The position numbers and the translations under genes were made by a program. Below the pieces are notes generated by a model that did not search any database, was not told the DNA's origin, and saw nothing but the letters and a program-made list of their open reading frames with translations. DNA of 26,783 nucleotides from Oligoflexia bacterium (GTDB taxonomy: Bacteria > Bdellovibrionota > UBA1018): the NCBI GenBank assembly GCA_043732485.1, contig JAYTHP010000186.1, positions 1 to 26,783 on the forward strand. The letters run 5' to 3'. Below are positions 1 to 8,364 of the stretch, piece by piece. How positions within the stretch are numbered: the first letter of the stretch is position 1; each line of letters opens with the position of its first letter.

Positions 1-331
1 GAGGTGGTGTTGTGACCGTGATGAGACTGGTGAGTTCTGATGAAGCGTGTGGGCGAATGGTTAGGCTTGCCGTGGAAGAGGAACCGATGCAAGCTGCACT
101 CGGCCAGCGTCCAGCTCAAAAGGCCGGCAATAGCAAGAGGCGTTAAGCCTAAGGCATCCACCGGGCCTTGCAGGGCTGCTTGTGCGAAAGCCAGCAGACC
201 GAAGGCAAGAGAGGAAGTAGGCTTGCCGCGGTTGCCAGTGGACGAAGCGGCAGACTAGGCGTGAGGGTGCTGGTAGGGTGAACCTGCTGGGAATTTTTTT
301 GAGCGAGCATCAGGTGAGTTTGAGTGTTCAT
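1..331 (-). pseudogene. Fatty-acid hydroxylase/sterol desaturase family gene, 5' part; frameshifted near 205-215 and running off the left edge
   Basis: The minus-strand frame from ~208 to 3 reads LAFGLLAFAQAALQGPVDALGLTPLAIAGLLSWTLAECSLHRFLFHGKPNHSPTRFIRTHQSHHGH, with the W-x3-E-x3-HRFLFH and H-x2-HH histidine boxes. The ATG at 331 (MNTQ...) is in another frame, and one extra base would join the two. Confidence 0.75.
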
Positions 332-427
332 ACTTTCTATTATGGAAAAAAAAAGTCTTTTTTTAATTCTTAAATGAATTTTTTTGCAATTACTTCAAGA
401 TTTTGCTCGTAGCCTGTGGTCTTTGGA

Positions 428-1222
428 TCAAGCTTTTGTGATGCTAGGGCCTCGGTTGGGGTGGTCTGGCAGGGGCTTGCTGCCGTCGATCAGTGCGCGG
501 GCTTTTTGAAAGAGGGCAAGCCAGGGCTCCCAAGTGAGAACGCCTGTAAAAGTGTTTTGTTGGCTGGGGTGGTAGGACAAAAGCAGGGTGTGCTGGGGGG
601 AAAGGACGTGATGGCCCCCATGCTGAAAGGGCGGTCGTTGTTTGGGCAGTAGAAAGTGCGCCCTCAAGGCGCTCCACAGGGCGCGAAACGCCACCGCTCC
701 GAGGGTTAGGTAGACTTTTACTTCCTGATGTTGCGCCAGTTCCAGTTGGAGGTAGGTGGCACAGTTACGAAGCTCCTGAGGCTCGGGACGATGCTGCGGG
801 GGGGTGCACTTGACCGCGCAGCTGATGTAAGTCTGGTGGAGCTCGAGGCCATCGTGCCGGTCGGAGGAGTGCGGCTGATTGCTGAATTGGGTGGCAAAAA
901 GGGCGCGGTAGAGCCAGTCGCCTGAGCGATCTCCGGTAAACATGCGCCCCGTGCGATGGGCGCCGTGGGGGCCGGGGGCAAGCCCTAAGATAAACAGCTT
1001 GGTGGTGGTAGGTGAGTGGTGATACGGGGCGCCCCATCCCGGGACCGGTTTTCCCCAATAGGTCTCCTGCTGGTAGGCTTTCCGTTTGCTGAGGGCGACT
1101 TTTTGGCCATACTCCCTGAGTCTAGGGCATTGTTGGCAGTTGATAATGGTTGCGGCGAGTTGGCTTGGAGAAGGCAGCAGCGGCTGGTGGTTGGGCGTTG
1201 GGGTGGGATTTTGAGGCGGCAT
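428..1222 (-). CDS. Uracil-DNA glycosylase, family 5 (UdgB-like, 4Fe-4S)
   Basis: CQQCPRL, YWGKPVPGWG, GLAPGPHGAHRTGRMFTGDRSG, VKCTPP and SYHPSQQNTFTG motifs; AAGGA upstream of the ATG. Confidence 0.92.
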   Translation of the reverse strand: MPPQNPTPTPNHQPLLPSPSQLAATIINCQQCPRLREYGQKVALSKRKAYQQETYWGKPVPGWGAPYHHSPTTTKLFILGLAPGPHGAHRTGRMFTGDRSGDWLYRALFATQFSNQPHSSDRHDGLELHQTYISCAVKCTPPQHRPEPQELRNCATYLQLELAQHQEVKVYLTLGAVAFRALWSALRAHFLLPKQRPPFQHGGHHVLSPQHTLLLSYHPSQQNTFTGVLTWEPWLALFQKARALIDGSKPLPDHPNRGPSITKA

Positions 1223-1292
1223 GTCGTGTTTTCCTTGGCAAGGAGGGATTTCTCGCAGGCTCTTGCAGGTGTTTTATGATAGCTTAAAAGTA

Positions 1293-2120
1293 ATGAACCG
1301 TCAGCAAGAAGGGTTAAGTCGCGAACAATGGATTGCAGCCTGTCAATTTCATGACCTCACTCCAGATCAGGTATTTCAGCAAGTTTTTGCGCAAGGTGCA
1401 CGGGTGCAAAATCCCTTGGCGCTGCTCGATTTAGACTCAACGCTCTTTAATGTCGGTCCCAGGACGCATGCCATCTTGCAGCAAGGCTGCAAGCAGTTTC
1501 GGCAAGTTACTGAATTTAAAGAGATAGCTGATTTATTTTTGACTTTACTGGCACGCTCACCTGCTGAAACCTTCAATTTCTACTCCATCCAAGACTTCCT
1601 TGCGCACTTTCCGCTGTTTTCCGGTGGCAGTGAGGCTGTAGCCCTTCAAGATTTTGTGCAACAGTTGCGAGCGTACTGGCGGCAGCATTTTTTTTCTAGT
1701 GCGGCTTTGAGTCACGACTTGCCTTATGCCGGCGCGGTGAGTTTTGTGCGTCAGTTGCATCAAGCGCAGTTTCGCATCATTTATTTGACGGGTCGTGATG
1801 AGCCGATGATGGGTGAGGGGACGAGGCTGAGTTTAGCAACGCATGGTTTTCCGGGGGAGCAGGAAGGTAGCTTGTTATGGATGAAAGAGCATCGTCAGCT
1901 CGACGATTTGGCTTACAAGGTACGGGCTAGCCAACAGCTTCGCGCTTTAGGGACGCTGGTGGCTTCCTTTGAGAATGAGCCTGTGAATTGTTCGAGTCTG
2001 TGCGAGCTTTTTCCTGAGGCGATGCATGTGTTTGTGGGGACGGTCTTTAGTGATCAGCCGGCGGCTCCGCGTCAGGGTTTGTACAAAATCAAAGATTTTG
2101 CCGCCTGCTTGCGTTTCTAA
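1293..2120 (+). CDS. HAD-superfamily phosphatase (uncharacterised subfamily)
   Basis: LLDLDSTL (DxD motif I), IIYLTGR (motif II), YK (motif III) and FENEP (motif IV variant). Start at ATG 1293 is preferred because the ORF start at 1221 overlaps the divergent UDG start. Confidence 0.75.
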   Translation: MNRQQEGLSREQWIAACQFHDLTPDQVFQQVFAQGARVQNPLALLDLDSTLFNVGPRTHAILQQGCKQFRQVTEFKEIADLFLTLLARSPAETFNFYSIQDFLAHFPLFSGGSEAVALQDFVQQLRAYWRQHFFSSAALSHDLPYAGAVSFVRQLHQAQFRIIYLTGRDEPMMGEGTRLSLATHGFPGEQEGSLLWMKEHRQLDDLAYKVRASQQLRALGTLVASFENEPVNCSSLCELFPEAMHVFVGTVFSDQPAAPRQGLYKIKDFAACLRF

Positions 2121-2195
2121 TTTACAGGCGGGCTTTAAACCGTGATAATTTTAGAAGAGATCAAAAAAAAATTAAAAGACTCCCAAAGGAGTGCG

Positions 2196-3158
2196 ATGAA
2201 TTTTCAATGGATGCCACAAGCGGCGAAAGAGGCAGTACAAAACTTAGATCTCAGTCTTTCGGTCCCCGATGTACCTGAAATTGATCTCTTATTGAGCAAA
2301 ACGGTCTTATTTCAGGGAAAGAAGTTTCGCCCGATCTTGCTGTTTTTAACCGCCCAGTTACTCAAAATCCCTTTAGACAAGATGGTGCCTTATGCCAGGG
2401 CCTCAGAGTTTGTTCATGCAGCCACCCTGGCGCATGACGATGTGATTGACGAAAGTCAAATGCGGCGCAACCGCCCGACGTTGAATGCCAGCTCCTCAAA
2501 CGCTAGAGCGATCTTAGCGGGTGATCTACTATTGGCGCGCGTCATGGCAGAACTTTCCCACTTAGGCAAGATGGAGGTCATTCAAGATCTTGCCAGAGCT
2601 TTAGACGAACTGGTGCAAGGCGAATGGCTGCAGTTATCAGCGAGAAACCAGGCGCAAATTAACCGTGGGCATTTGGAGCAAGTGGCGCGCAAGAAGACAG
2701 CTTCCTTGATGATTTGGTGCTGCAGGGTACCAGCTTTTTTCCGGGAAGACTGCGAGGCGGTGATCGTGCCGCTCACGCACTTTGGGGAGTGTCTAGGAGT
2801 TGCCTTTCAAATGATTGATGACATTATTGATTATGATCCCGAGGGAGAAAAGCCTTTTGCTCAGGATTTACGCGAAGGGCTGATCAATTTTGTGACCTTG
2901 GAGATGTTTGAGATCAACCCAGAGCTCAGAGTCACGGTGCAAGCGATTTTGGGAGTACCCAGTTCGGTGATGACTTGGCCTTGGAAGGAAAGTGAGCTTG
3001 AGACCGCCCGGATCCGGGTGCGGGAGCGGGCTAGAGAAAAGCTGCAGCAAGCGAAAGTGCATCTCACGCAATTAGGTTTAGTCTTGAACTTACCCGAAGA
3101 CAGCGCTTTGTTGGCGCTTGAGACGGTGGTGCAGCAGCTGAGTGAGCGAATTGATTAG
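2196..3158 (+). CDS. trans-polyprenyl diphosphate synthase (IspB/HepT-like)
   Basis: GKKFRP, HAATLAHDDVIDESQMRR, AILAGDLLL, LVQGEWLQ, KKTASL and FQMIDDIIDY. AAGGAG precedes ATG 2196 (the ORF is open from 2142). Confidence 0.93.
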   Translation: MNFQWMPQAAKEAVQNLDLSLSVPDVPEIDLLLSKTVLFQGKKFRPILLFLTAQLLKIPLDKMVPYARASEFVHAATLAHDDVIDESQMRRNRPTLNASSSNARAILAGDLLLARVMAELSHLGKMEVIQDLARALDELVQGEWLQLSARNQAQINRGHLEQVARKKTASLMIWCCRVPAFFREDCEAVIVPLTHFGECLGVAFQMIDDIIDYDPEGEKPFAQDLREGLINFVTLEMFEINPELRVTVQAILGVPSSVMTWPWKESELETARIRVRERAREKLQQAKVHLTQLGLVLNLPEDSALLALETVVQQLSERID

Positions 3159-3359
3159 GCTTTTTTAATAAACCGCGCGTGTAGGTGCTCAAGCAGGCTT
3201 GGGGCCAAGGTGACAAACGGGGGGGATGGTGCCTCAGATCACAACAAGGAATCGCCAAGAGCCAGAGCGCGGATTAATCTTCATACTTTTCATGAGTTAA
3301 AGACGCAGAAGTAATTTTTTATAATTTTTAAATATTTTATTTAAAATAATGCATTGTTT

Positions 3360-3375
3360 TGCTATACTGAGGTAT
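3360..3375 (+). promoter_or_regulatory. Extended -10 promoter element (TGcTATACT) 7 nt before ATG 3376, downstream of an AT-rich tract
   Basis: Sequence tgctatactgaggtat-ATG; very AT-rich 3310-3360 upstream. Confidence 0.55.
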
Positions 3376-5181
3376 ATGCAAAATTTAAAATCAATCGGTT
3401 TCATGCGTTCCTTGTGTATGGGTCGAATCGAGCAGGATTTGGTGTTTCCTTTTCCCACCATTACAGCCGCGGAATCAGAGGTGCTAGCAGGGGTGTTTGA
3501 CGCCATTGCCTCCTGGCTCAAACCCTACGAAGCGGAGTTTCGCAAGTGGGACCGCGTCGGGGAATTTCCCCCCAAAGTGATTCAAGAGATGAGAGGGCTC
3601 GGGCTTTTTAGCCTGATTGTGCCAGAAGCGTTTGGCGGCTTGGGCTTGAGTAATGCGGCGTATTCGCGCACGCTACAAGAGCTCGCAAAATTTGATAGCT
3701 CCATTGCCATCACCATTGGTGCGCACAGCTCTATTGGGATGCGAGGGCTTTTATTGTTTGGTACGCCAAGTCAAAAGGCGCAGTATTTCCCCCGCCTTGC
3801 CACAGGTGAGTTGATTGCGGCTTTTTGTCTGACTGAGCCTGGGGCCGGATCGGACGCCGCCTCTATTCAAACGAAAGCCGTTTTACAAGGGGATCATTGG
3901 CTTTTGTCGGGACAAAAGTTATGGATCACCAACGGCGGATTAGCCGAGTTCTTTACGGTGTTTGCTCGCACCGAAGGGACCCCAGGGCAGATCACGGCTT
4001 TTATCGTCACAAAAGACATGAAGGGTGTGACGGTAAGCGCACATGAGGATAAAATGGGTTTGCGTGCAAGCTCAACCACCACGGTCTATTTTGATCAAGT
4101 GGCCGTGCCGGTGGCCAACGTTTTAGGCGAAGCGGGCAAGGGCTTTAAAGTGGCCATGAAAATCCTTAACAGCGGCCGTACCGGCTTAGGGGGGGGCTGC
4201 GTGGGAGGGATGAAGCGCTTGCTGGCGCTTGCGACCCGGCAGGCCAATGAACGCTCGCAATTTGGCAAGAAAATCGCCGAGTTCGAATTGATTCAAAGCA
4301 AGGTGAGCCAGATCATGGTGGATTGCTACGCCGCGGAAGCCACGGTTGCGATGGTGGCGCACCTGTCTGACGCGGGATTTGAAGATTACGCGGTGGAAGC
4401 GGCCATTAGCAAAGTGTTTGCTACGGAAGCCTTGTGGCGCTCAGCCGATGAGGCGCTGCAACTGGCAGGCGGCAACGGCTATATGTGTGAGTTTCCCTAT
4501 GAGAGAATTGTCAGAGATTGCAGGATCAATCGCATCTTTGAAGGCACCAATGACATCTTACGGCTTTTCATTGCGCTGACTGCGATGAATGACGTGGGAC
4601 AAAACCTCAGTGCAGTGGCCTCTTCGTTAAAAGGCATTTTTCAAGAGCCGATTAAGGGTTTTGGGGTGCTATCGGATTACGGTAAACGCAAATTCTCCAA
4701 CCTCACGGGCGTGGGAGGCTTGCAAGCCACACTCTCGAAGGTTCACCCCCGATTGAAAGCTGAAGCCCAGATCTTTGAAGACGGTGTGCGTGAACTGGCA
4801 GCCGCTTCTGAGCGGGTGTTGATGCGCTATGGCAAAAAAATCATTGGGCAACAGCTGATCGCGCAGCGCCTGGCAGACGTGATGATTGATCTTTTTGCCA
4901 TGGTCTGTGTGTTAAGCCGCGTGACGCGCTCGCTTGAGACAGCAGCCGGAAGCGCGGCTCAAGTCGGGGATGAAGTAAAGATCGCCGTGATCTTTTGTGG
5001 CCAAGCCCAAAATCGCATGAAAGCGCACTTGCAGTTGCTCGATAAAAATGTCGATGCACCCTCAAGAGACATTGCCCATCTGGCCTTCCAGGAGGAAGGT
5101 TACTTGTGGGATACGCTGGCCGAAAAAAAAGCGGCTGCTCCTGAGGAGACAGCCACAAGGCTGGCTAAAAAAGTCAGTTAA
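3376..5181 (+). CDS. Acyl-CoA dehydrogenase, long VLCAD/ACAD9-like form
   Basis: GAHSSIG, AAFCLTEPGAGSDA, GQKLWITNGG, EDKMGLRAS, R-x-QFG, GGNGYM, RINRIFEGTNDILR, and the C-terminal extension typical of VLCAD-type enzymes. Confidence 0.95.
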   Translation: MQNLKSIGFMRSLCMGRIEQDLVFPFPTITAAESEVLAGVFDAIASWLKPYEAEFRKWDRVGEFPPKVIQEMRGLGLFSLIVPEAFGGLGLSNAAYSRTLQELAKFDSSIAITIGAHSSIGMRGLLLFGTPSQKAQYFPRLATGELIAAFCLTEPGAGSDAASIQTKAVLQGDHWLLSGQKLWITNGGLAEFFTVFARTEGTPGQITAFIVTKDMKGVTVSAHEDKMGLRASSTTTVYFDQVAVPVANVLGEAGKGFKVAMKILNSGRTGLGGGCVGGMKRLLALATRQANERSQFGKKIAEFELIQSKVSQIMVDCYAAEATVAMVAHLSDAGFEDYAVEAAISKVFATEALWRSADEALQLAGGNGYMCEFPYERIVRDCRINRIFEGTNDILRLFIALTAMNDVGQNLSAVASSLKGIFQEPIKGFGVLSDYGKRKFSNLTGVGGLQATLSKVHPRLKAEAQIFEDGVRELAAASERVLMRYGKKIIGQQLIAQRLADVMIDLFAMVCVLSRVTRSLETAAGSAAQVGDEVKIAVIFCGQAQNRMKAHLQLLDKNVDAPSRDIAHLAFQEEGYLWDTLAEKKAAAPEETATRLAKKVS

Positions 5182-5358
5182 AGGCCTGGCCGAAGTGTCG
5201 ACGGCACGGACGCGGGCAGCCTTAGCCTCAGCAGCAGCCGGAGGAGGAGTTGCAGGGGTGGTGACGTCAGCGCTTTGACTCCTGAGCGTGAGGCGAGGGC
5301 CCTTAGTTAAGTGTTGGATGGAGTGCCGATAACGTGAATCAGATAAGAGGAGTTACTT

Positions 5359-7158
5359 GTGAAGAATCATCAAAAAACCGTGTTCGCTTTTTCGCGCTTT
5401 CGCCCATCGCTTTTCCCTCTGGTCGCTTTAAGCGTTACGGTTGCCAGTTGCTCCTTCCAAACCTCAAAAACGATCGGATCAAGTGGGAGTGGGGTTGGTG
5501 GAAGTCTTGGTGCTGGGCAGATCAGTGGCCCAGGCAATCAGGGAAGCACGGGCGGAGCGTTGTCAACGAATCAACTGCTCTTTACCAGCCTTCCTCCCGC
5601 TTGCAGCTTGCTCTCGGCTGCTGTCCCCAGCTTTGGGGTGGTAGGGCTGGTCAATGCCACCGGATCGCCGCTCCCTTTCCCTGACGGCGCAAGCCTAAGG
5701 CTTGAGGTGTGCGACCCTTTGACGGTTGCCGCCCAGGGTTGCACGCCACTGGTAGGCGTGGCCAATACCCTGTTTGCGACGAACCCGAGTGCGATTGTCG
5801 CAGGAGGTGCCGCCCAACCCTTAAACGGCGGATTTTTTACCGCTAGCCAGTCTCAGTCCTATTACGTGGTGGCGCAACTCAAGGTGGCAGGCAGTGTCTT
5901 GCAAACGACGCCCGTCGCCATCACGGTGAGTAACCAAGCGAGCTGCGGGGATGTCAGTCAGATGGTGCTCCTGAGTCCGTCGCCGCTTCCCGCCTGGAGT
6001 GCTGGCGCGAGCACGGGGTCACTCACGCTTTTGATGCAACATGAAGCAACGGCGCCTACCGGATTGATGATCAGGGGAGTGGCTTCTGATGGCCAAACGG
6101 TTAGTTTTGGTCCGATGATCTTACCGCAGACTTCTGTCAGCTTTGACGCAGCAGGGAGCACGGTGAGTGTCACCGGGCTTACCACGCCTCATGCTCCTAC
6201 TGCGGGCATCATTTTGAGTACATTAGGCTCGAAATTTCCTCTGACAACCGGTTTCTTGCCGATTTCTATTCTTGCGGGACCTGCAGTGCGGATTGCCTGG
6301 AACCCCACTTCGGTCGGGTCATTGGCCGATGCCGGTACAATTGATTTGTCACATCTTGGATTTTTTAATGTAGGAATGACTGATTTTTTTACCGCACAAA
6401 TGCTTGACCAGTGGGGTAATTACGTCAACGTCCCTGCCAGTATGACGAGTAAGGTGAAGGCAACCCTTCACCTAGGGTCCGGATGCACGGGTGCTCCGGC
6501 GCCTGACGTTACCATGGCAACCCATGCAGACATTCAAGTAAGACCTAATCAGCCAGGATTATTAGGTAATTGGCCATATTTTACCAGCTTTACCTTTGCC
6601 TGGTCTCATCCTCAGCCTCTTTACGGAGCGATGAGCCTGCAGGTGTCAAGTCCAGATCTGAGTGGGCCGCAAGGTTCAGATTGTCACGATTTTTATAGCA
6701 CTTCGGCGATAGTTAAATTTGTTGTCTCAGGACAACCTTTCTTTGATTTAATTATGTTAAACGGAGCAGTTGTTATTCCAAAAATAGTTATTAATTCCTC
6801 TCCCGAGGGGGCCCAAGGAGTCATCCAGCAGCCTAGCCCACCTGAAACCTCGACGCTCACCATTCATGCTTATAGGTCTGGCGGGGGGTTTTGCGCTAAG
6901 TCGCAGTTACTTACCGACTTTTTTGTGCCTGGAACTGCGACTTCAACTGATGTCACGTTCGGAAGAGGTGCAACCAATACCGCGACGTTTCCACCTCTAG
7001 CCATTAATCCCTCCTATTTGTCGAACCGGCAAGGTCTTCCCGTTTTAATTGGAATCACAAGCAGTAATCCTCACCTTGCAAGCTCCCATGACTCCTTTTT
7101 GGCATTGAGTGGGGACTATTGGCTTTCCTGCCCTTCTGTTAACCCCTCATTGCCCTGA
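5359..7158 (+). CDS. Putative surface lipoprotein with degenerate Ig-like beta-sandwich repeats
   Basis: GAGGAG before a GTG start; hydrophobic signal ending in TVAS-C (lipobox-like); Gly/Ser linker; S/T/P/G/V-rich, charge-poor beta-type sequence; AGPAVRIAW...FTAQMLDQWGN resembles bacterial Ig-like repeats. Confidence 0.6.
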   Translation: MKNHQKTVFAFSRFRPSLFPLVALSVTVASCSFQTSKTIGSSGSGVGGSLGAGQISGPGNQGSTGGALSTNQLLFTSLPPACSLLSAAVPSFGVVGLVNATGSPLPFPDGASLRLEVCDPLTVAAQGCTPLVGVANTLFATNPSAIVAGGAAQPLNGGFFTASQSQSYYVVAQLKVAGSVLQTTPVAITVSNQASCGDVSQMVLLSPSPLPAWSAGASTGSLTLLMQHEATAPTGLMIRGVASDGQTVSFGPMILPQTSVSFDAAGSTVSVTGLTTPHAPTAGIILSTLGSKFPLTTGFLPISILAGPAVRIAWNPTSVGSLADAGTIDLSHLGFFNVGMTDFFTAQMLDQWGNYVNVPASMTSKVKATLHLGSGCTGAPAPDVTMATHADIQVRPNQPGLLGNWPYFTSFTFAWSHPQPLYGAMSLQVSSPDLSGPQGSDCHDFYSTSAIVKFVVSGQPFFDLIMLNGAVVIPKIVINSSPEGAQGVIQQPSPPETSTLTIHAYRSGGGFCAKSQLLTDFFVPGTATSTDVTFGRGATNTATFPPLAINPSYLSNRQGLPVLIGITSSNPHLASSHDSFLALSGDYWLSCPSVNPSLP

Positions 7159-7228
7159 GTGCATAAGGGGCCCTGAGTCAGAGTCAAACGTTCAGTCTTT
7201 TTCTCGGTCTGGACGTGCGTGGCAAGGT

Positions 7229-7777
7229 TCATTCTTCGGGAGGTTCCCCGCTGCCACCGACAAGGGGAACTTCCACCTGCGGACGGTGGGTTGCTTGATT
7301 GTAAGTTGCATAGAACTGGGCTTCTTCCTCTTGCTGCTCCAGGGGTTGTAAGAAATCGGGTGCACTTTCAATGGCAAAGCTTTTCAGGTCAATGATCTTG
7401 GTTTTTTTCCTGCCACCTGAGCGCATTGCTTCGCACAATTCGGTGGCTGCACAATTCTTCAAAAATGAGTCGGTGGCGTTGCTGGCAGCAGTCAAGGTGG
7501 GTCCGCCGTGCGTTTTGCCGCGCCGATGGTTTCCCCGCAGATGCTGGGTAGCTTTCGCGTGTTTGCTGCTGCTGCCTGAGGCGTGGTGGACTGACTTTCC
7601 CCGGCTGTGTGAAGCGTGATCCCGAGGATCAGCCTGCAAGGGGTCAACCGCCAGCACTAATCCTAAGAAAACGAGCAGGGCGGAGTTAGCGGCAGCGGCA
7701 AAGCGTCGCCTGAGGGCTAGGCGGCCGGGGCTGGCTGCTTGCGAAGGCTGCTGCTGCTTGGGTAAAAGCGTTTTCAT
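7229..7777 (-). CDS. Hypothetical secreted protein with His/Ser/Lys-rich N-terminal region
   Basis: ORF open from 7828, with ATG at 7777. LRRRF is followed by hydrophobic ALLVFLGLVLAV and an LQA cleavage-like site; acidic C-terminus. Confidence 0.55.
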   Translation of the reverse strand: MKTLLPKQQQPSQAASPGRLALRRRFAAAANSALLVFLGLVLAVDPLQADPRDHASHSRGKSVHHASGSSSKHAKATQHLRGNHRRGKTHGGPTLTAASNATDSFLKNCAATELCEAMRSGGRKKTKIIDLKSFAIESAPDFLQPLEQQEEEAQFYATYNQATHRPQVEVPLVGGSGEPPEE

Positions 7778-8258
7778 AAGTTTCTGGGCCTTTCTGGGCT
7801 CTGCTGGGGGAGTGAAAAATGCGGGCAACTCGCTGCCGATCCAACCTGTGGCAGTGCTGAGCCAGGCTCTTTGCTCTGTTTGGACCCTACCCGCTCCTTG
7901 GGTCAGGCAGTATTTCAGGCAGTACTACGCGACCTAAGCTCAGCTCAAACGCCTGAGGGGGAAAGGGGTGGGTATGGGTGTTTTCTTGAACTTGTGAAAG
8001 CATTCGAGCAGTCAACACCCAGATCGCTGTGCAGGGAGCGTGCCACCGTGCGCTTGGTCTGACGTGCCTGATCTTGGTGCTCCTGGGCGGGAGGCGCCAA
8101 ACTCGTTTGAGAGCGTGAGCACCCCCGCCGCTGCGTGCGGGAGAGTGAGAATCGTAGGAGCCAAAAGAGATTTTTTTGCTCCCAAAACTATGTGACTATT
8201 TTTGAAAAAAAAGCTAAAACTAAAAGCAGGCGTTGCAAGCAAACACAGCCACCTCGAC

Positions 8259-8326
8259 CGAAGCGCGTACGGGGTAATCCTGCGTGATTGCTCGTGAAAG
8301 TGAGCGCCACTTTGGCTTACGCTTCG
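8259..8326 (+). ncRNA. Candidate structured RNA element (four-way junction) in the leader of the 8365 gene
   Basis: A closing stem CGAAGCG/CGCTTCG encloses hairpins with GUAA and GAAA tetraloops and a GCCA/TGGC hairpin. I recognise no known family. Confidence 0.4.
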
Positions 8327-8364
8327 ACCTTAAAAAAATGCCACAACCCCTCAGGAGACGTTTT

